From: Raillietiella orientalis
Taxonomy: Eukaryota
NCBI GenBank assembly: GCA_036172245.1
Contig: JAYWIR010000067.1
Coordinates: 248,001-312,000, forward strand
Direction: 5' to 3'
DNA: 64,000 nt
The position numbers and the translations under genes were made by a program. The notes beneath the pieces are model-generated. The model searched no databases. It worked only from the letters and a program-made list of their open reading frames with translations, and was not told where the DNA came from. The first letter of the stretch is position 1. Each line of letters starts with the position of its first letter. Shown here in pieces: positions 59,761 through 64,000 of this stretch.

Positions 59761-59899
59761 CTCGAGAAGGTGCCTCAGCGTGCACGTGCGCGAATTCTTC
59801 GCAGCAGAAGCTTGGTCCAGCTGCCTTCAAAGCACTTGAATGGCTCTTGGTCCGTTTTCCGATGGCAAGTTCTAACCGGAGCGGGCCACCATCTGAAAC

Positions 59900-61110
59900 A
59901 CTTGTGTTGTCTTCCTCCTGCGGCCTCTAAATGCTTCTTGGGCGCACTCCTATTCTGTGATGCTCCAGGCAAGAATCTCGTTGAGAAAACCATCGCAGGG
60001 ACCTCAGGTATCTAGGATCATCCTCAATAACTTCGTGGCGCCGCGTCCAGAGGCCGGTTCAGGACTCCCGGACCTCGAAAAGACGGAACTGCAAGTGCAG
60101 TTCATTGGGCCAGATTGTGGGCAGCGAGTGGTGCACGACAGCATGGCCCATTCCCCGCCGTGAGTCTGGCGGCGAGGGACCGGGTTCCACGTGGTCGCGT
60201 GACCACGACAGGAACGAGCCCGCTTGGTTGCTCGTTGAGGCACATGATATGGTTGCTGGAAACGCATCCCTGGACCTCCTGTCGCCCCACCCATGAAGTG
60301 CTTGTGGCCTTGCACATCCGGGCGAGAATTACGGAGGTTGCGTTCAGAGGAACTCCATCCTCGTGAAGAATGCCTTTTCAAAGACTCGTGCAAGTGGCCG
60401 AAGAGGTTTTGTGCATCCCCTAGCCGCAGCGCTGTTTCTGTCTCACGGTCAGGAGGAGGTTGTACCTGCCGGCAGGGTCGGCGTTCTTTTTTCTGCACGT
60501 TGAAAATGAATGTAAGAAAAAAAATCCTGGAGAAGGGATGCAAAATGACTAGGGCGATTGTCCACAGCTCTCAAGTGCCGGCAATACATCCAGAACGCCG
60601 GAAGAACCGTGGAGACGGTGGACAGTGAGCTGGCACTGATAGTCTGCCCGTCATCCACCCCTTTTTCCGCAGTGGTGTCCTTCTGAGACTCCCAGCATCT
60701 GCTTTTTTTGGCGAGGTGGGAGGTTTCCCACGAGGTCTAAGGTAGCAGGAAATCTTCATGTGACTGGTCCGCGCATCCGTTCGTTGACACCGCAACAACT
60801 TTGACCCTTTCCAGAGGATTCGTTCTCTGGGGTCATCTCTTCGGCACCCTCCTCAAAAAGCTGGAGGTATCTTCGGTGATGATGGAGAGCTTGTTCTCCT
60901 CCCTCAGGTGGCGTCAGTCGGCGCTGCTGACGTTGCGTCGGGAGCTACCGTGCAACGCGCGCCGCCACCCCTTGACGAGAGGACGCGTCAGTGCCAACTG
61001 CGCCAAGTGCGAGAGCAAGAGACCTCCACCCACCTGTTCGTGACGTGTTTTGTCCTGCGGTCAGTGTTGGGACATTCCTTCGCGTACCTCCCTACGCCCG
61101 GTGGACAGCC
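59900..61110 (+). mobile_element. LINE post-RT to zf-RVT fragment
   Basis: ARISL...IILNNFVAP and WRQSALLTLRRELPCNARRHPLTRGRVSANCAKCES. Confidence 0.65.
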
Positions 61111-61114
61111 CTGA

Positions 61115-61440
61115 GAACTGTGAGGAAGCTCTTTGCGCGGAGATTCCGATCGCCATATGGCGCCATCACTCAGGAAGAGGGGTCTGAGTTCGTCCCTGGA
61201 GCTGCCACATGGGGTCTGAAGGGTCGTCGCTGCAAAGCGTTCCCACAACGTTCGCAGGGTAACACAGTCCACAGGCAGGAGCGAGAGGATTTCCCGTTCC
61301 CCACATCTGCTGCGATTTGGATCCACATATCCCCGGTCTAGTATTGTCAGCGCGCGTTGCATGATAGGAATAACAGAAACGCCACCTACTTCCACTTGAG
61401 AGGGAGGGAGTGGTTGTTGAGGAGCAATGGGGACCACTCG
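61115..61440 (-). mobile_element. Inverted zf-RVT fragment of the same LINE family
   Basis: RGYVDPNRSRCGEREILSLLPVDCVTLRTLWERF. Confidence 0.65.
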
Positions 61441-61689
61441 AGATCCTCACGACGAACGCTCAGCAGCTCACCTCAACTCACAAGTCCCTGAGGCTGGAGA
61501 CTTGGGGTCGCAGCGTCGGTTAGCTGGCCCGTGGTCCAACTAATGAGCATCCTGATTCTGGATGACAGCTCTCAGAAGACTTCCCACTTCTCCGTTAGAT
61601 TGCTACTGCCAAGCTGCTCCCTCAGGGACGGCAGCGATGAGGCCAGGAAAGTTCGTCCTGCCCACGCGCACTCAGTGGGTTGCATGATG

Positions 61690-61849
61690 ATCTGGAGCGA
61701 GCAGTTGTTGTGGAAGGAGTGCAGCAGTCGCTGCAGCGGGGAGGTATCAACCAGCTCCATTTTCCCAACCCGGCTCCTTGATTCCTGGAAGGAACCCAGA
61801 GGGTTAGCTTCCAGTCCCGGCCAGTCAACGGAGTCATGTGGCTTCCTCA
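61690..61849 (+). mobile_element. LINE internal fragment (LLDSWK region)
   Basis: ggctccttgattcctggaag...ccagtcccggccagtcaac matches 44996-45055. Confidence 0.7.
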
Positions 61850-61998
61850 AGGGCCGCATCAGAGTCATCCTGCGGGGGGTGCTCGAAACCCAAGACGCAC
61901 CACTCATGGCATCGTTCTCAGCATCAATTCTCCACGTGGTTATTCGAACTCGCGATGCTCGGTGCTACGCGCACCGCAGCCGCAGCCGCGCGGCCGTC
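61850..61998 (-). mobile_element. tRNA-derived SINE, copy 3
   Basis: B-box-like AGTTCGAATA at 61941-61950 on the minus strand. Body gggtttcgagcaccccccgcaggatg. Confidence 0.65.
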
Positions 61999-62049
61999 GA
62001 CGCGGGCAAATCATCTGCCCTGCCGGCTGGAAACCGTCGTCTCATCCAC

Positions 62050-62750
62050 GTAGGGAGGGGAACCGAGCTGCTTCCGGAGGGGTGGCAATGACTCGGAACT
62101 ACTTGTTCCTGTCCCTTCCACACTGTGGGGTGAAGGGAGATCCCGAGTCCGTCTCAAGAGCGTGTGTGCTCCGCGGCGCGGTGGTGGCCTCAGCCTTCTA
62201 ACGCTGGAGCGCTTGGATCTGGAGCTCCAATGAAGAACCTTGACGCTAGTGGCTAAGCTCTTGAGCATCCACTAGTGCGAACTGGCACGCCTCCTGGTCA
62301 GAAGAGGCGCCCGCTGCGAGGGACTCTTCTTAACTTGCACGGCATCGCCGCAATGTGGCCTATTGCGGGCTACAAATGCGACTCCTAGCTGCAGGGAAAA
62401 CCCATGGATCTCCTGCTGCCCCGCGAACGGTAGTGCCTGGTAGCAGGAAACCGTTCGCACACGGGTCAAGAACAACGAAGCGAGCCCGGGGATGCGAGCC
62501 CCCGACTGCTGCATTTCTTCTGCAACAATTACTCTCTGCAGTACGTCATCGTGCAGCCCACCACGTGTGCGTGGGCGCGAAGAACCTCCCTAGCCGCGGC
62601 ACTGCCCTTCCTCAGGAAGAAGGTCAGTAACCAGCTGGCCAAATGGGAGGCCAGTTGCGAAATGGGTCTTTGGAGAAAGGAATTAGGCGGCTGGACCACG
62701 GGCCAGCTAACAGACGCTGCGACCCCAAGTGCCCCACGCGGTCCAACGTA
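62050..62750 (-). mobile_element. Decayed RT fragment
   Basis: GPWSSRLIPFSKDPF resembles PLSxxLFxxxxEP, HDDV resembles YADD, and QQSGARI resembles SGAKIN. Confidence 0.45.
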
Positions 62751-63149
62751 GTCTCCAGATCCCTTGCACGAGCGGCGGAGAATCTGGCGACCACGTTGGT
62801 CAGCCGACCAAGGTTGAAAAGAAGGCCTTGAGGCGTCCGGCCCCAGGAAGGAGTCCGAAATCTCAGATTCCGGCCAGGAAACCGGAAGCGCACAGCTGCA
62901 CAGCGCCGGAAAGCCGGCCGGAAGTCGAAGACTCCCCGGCTACGCGACCTCACCTGGAGAAGGGATAGAGCCGGCCTCCGGAAGCAAGGCAGCCATGAGC
63001 GTGGGAACACGGGACTTCTCACTGAAGAAAGTCCCGTGCTCCGACACCGAGGAGGAGATGGAGACGGAAGGCACCGCACAGGTGTTCCTGGACTCCGTTT
63101 CACCTGGAAGCGACCTGCCCGCACAGGGGACGGATGCCCCAGCACTAGT

Positions 63150-63970
63150 TTCCCAGATGTAAATCCCGGGCTCGCCTCTAGCCGGGACAGTCCGTCCAAG
63201 AGACGACAGCAGTCAACCGGCAGGATGGGAGTTTTCCTGCACCAGCGCGGGAAATACAAAACTCCTCGGTGCCTGGGAGACGTTGGTGGATGCTGCCACT
63301 CCACATTCTGTGGCGAAGGGACTCCTTCGGTGGGGAGAACTTCTTAGTGTTGCCCCCGAGGAACTAGTGGTCCCTACCCATTGTGTGGACGGTTTGCTGT
63401 TCCCCCTTACTTGGAAACAGGCCGTACTGCTCTTCATTCACTGGGGATTCCAGTGTAACGAGCGATGGTATCGTGTTTCCGGAGGGACTGCATCCCCGAA
63501 CTGTGCCAGGTGCGGGTCGACGGAGTTAATCCCTCACATGCTTTTGGACTGCGGTGCCCTCCAAGAACTGTGGCGGAGGCTGGCAATAGCACTCTTGCAC
63601 CAGGAGCACACCGCCCGAGACGTGCTGTGACGGTTCTTCGCGCCAAGAGGCCTCTCTGCGGGAGTAATCATCACAACCATGGGTTGCATCCGTGACTTTG
63701 TTGGGGCCCAACAGGGTGCTACAAATCACACGCAGCGAAGAGAGATCACCAGGATGGCAGCCACCTACATCAGGGCGGCTGCAAGGTAGCCTCACCTGGA
63801 AGAGGAAACGAAAGAGGAGATCACCGGCATCCACCGCCGGTTGATGGGCGGTTTGGAACGGCGGACCCGGCAATCCTTGTCCTCTCCCTCCCTTTATTTT
63901 TTTTTTCTTATCCTCCGTCCCCATTCTCTCCGTAACTTCTTTGGTGCTTTTTGTTTCTATCCCGGTGAAT
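63150..63970 (+). mobile_element. Tx1/L1-clade LINE 3' end (zf-RVT-like domain and T-rich UTR)
   Basis: WKQAVLLFIHWGFQCNERWYRVSGGTASPNCARCGSTELIPHMLLDCGALQELWRRL, the best-preserved CCHC knuckle in the window. Confidence 0.75.
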
Positions 63971-64000
63971 ACGAAGAGAAAGCAAAGATCCTTGTCCCTC

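Overview
GC-rich eukaryotic (most likely arthropod) nuclear DNA, not prokaryotic; almost all long ORFs in the supplied track are GC-content artefacts. The left half (about 4.7-28.6 kb, minus strand) holds one multi-exon Sidestep/nephrin-like immunoglobulin-superfamily gene, which I reconstructed from splice sites and exon phases. The signal peptide and Ig1-Ig3 are intact (363 aa if translation stops at TAG 7881-7883). Further downstream lie a GC-type donor, increasingly degenerate Ig4, Ig5 and FN3 exons (the Ig5-like pair carries a stop and a frame mismatch), and an apparently decayed transmembrane segment behind a premature stop. The gene therefore seems to encode a secreted, anchorless Side-like protein, or is decaying from its 3' end. 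Just 3' of it is a nuclear copy of mitochondrial nad3 (NUMT, 1301-1858) that appears to consist of a younger and an older layer. The introns carry a tRNA-derived SINE, a Helitron/Helentron-like element with 46-bp internal repeats, a 94-bp minisatellite and microsatellites. The right half (about 29-64 kb) has no recognisable host gene. It is a graveyard of decayed non-LTR retrotransposons (mostly one Tx1/L1-clade family with conserved 3' stem-loops) plus a fossil hAT transposase. I found no CRISPR array, rRNA, intact tRNA gene or intact transposon ORF. All assignments come from reading motifs by eye; no database searches were run.
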